Source: Octopus bimaculoides (taxonomy: Eukaryota). From it: a DNA stretch of 36,322 nt. The notes beneath the pieces are model-generated. The model was not told the DNA's origin, ran no database searches, and was given only the letters and a program-made list of their open reading frames with translations. The stretch is taken from contig NC_068998.1 of assembly GCF_001194135.2 (NCBI RefSeq), positions 1,338,494-1,374,815 of the forward strand, in the 5' to 3' direction. This document shows positions 36,288-36,322 of this stretch, piece after piece; the stretch's first letter is position 1, and every line of letters begins with the position of its first letter. Made by a program: the position numbers and the translations under genes.

Positions 36288-36290
<3 letters not shown>
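36125..36290 (+). mobile_element. Penelope-like element (PLE) tail / pLTR-type fragment
   Basis: Contains CTGTTGAAGAGCGTAGCTCGAAACGTC, matching the CTGANGA..stem..GAAACGT signature known from PLE termini, in a pyrimidine-rich context and followed by (TA)n. Family assigned by motif recognition, not by database search. Confidence 0.6.
36159..36195 (+). ncRNA. Minimal type I hammerhead ribozyme-like motif (A6-to-U core variant)
   Basis: Stem I TCTTT(36159-63)/AAAGA(36191-95); core CTGTTGA(36164-70) plus one extra A; stem II GAGC-gta-GCTC(36172-82); GAAA(36183-86); palindromic ACGT stem III; GUC cleavage triplet ending at 36190. Confidence 0.6.

Positions 36291-36322
<32 letters not shown>

Overview
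Eukaryotic draft-assembly window with several N gaps. It is AT-rich and saturated with microsatellites. The SINE families I recognise by eye point to a coleoid cephalopod (Octopus-like) genome, probably a long intron or gene-poor regulatory region. Nearly all ORFs in the supplied track are microsatellite or low-complexity artefacts, and no complete protein-coding gene could be identified. Well supported: (i) a degenerate, near full-length mellifera-type mariner (25817-27030, minus); (ii) two decayed non-LTR ORF2 fragments (11250-11804 minus, RT core; 19505-19775 plus, C-terminus); (iii) many copies of several tRNA-derived SINE or SINE-like families, some as inverted pairs; (iv) a Tigger/pogo-like end; (v) a Penelope-type tail at the right edge with a minimal type I hammerhead-ribozyme fold and a non-canonical core (CUGUUGA). 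Tentative: plus-strand candidate cassette exons with good splice signals (3629-3715, 16773-16829, 19074-19228, 31268 onward) and unique islands with clustered transcription-factor motifs. I see no firm evidence of a new biological system. The hammerhead variant and the unidentified candidate exon chain are the best leads.
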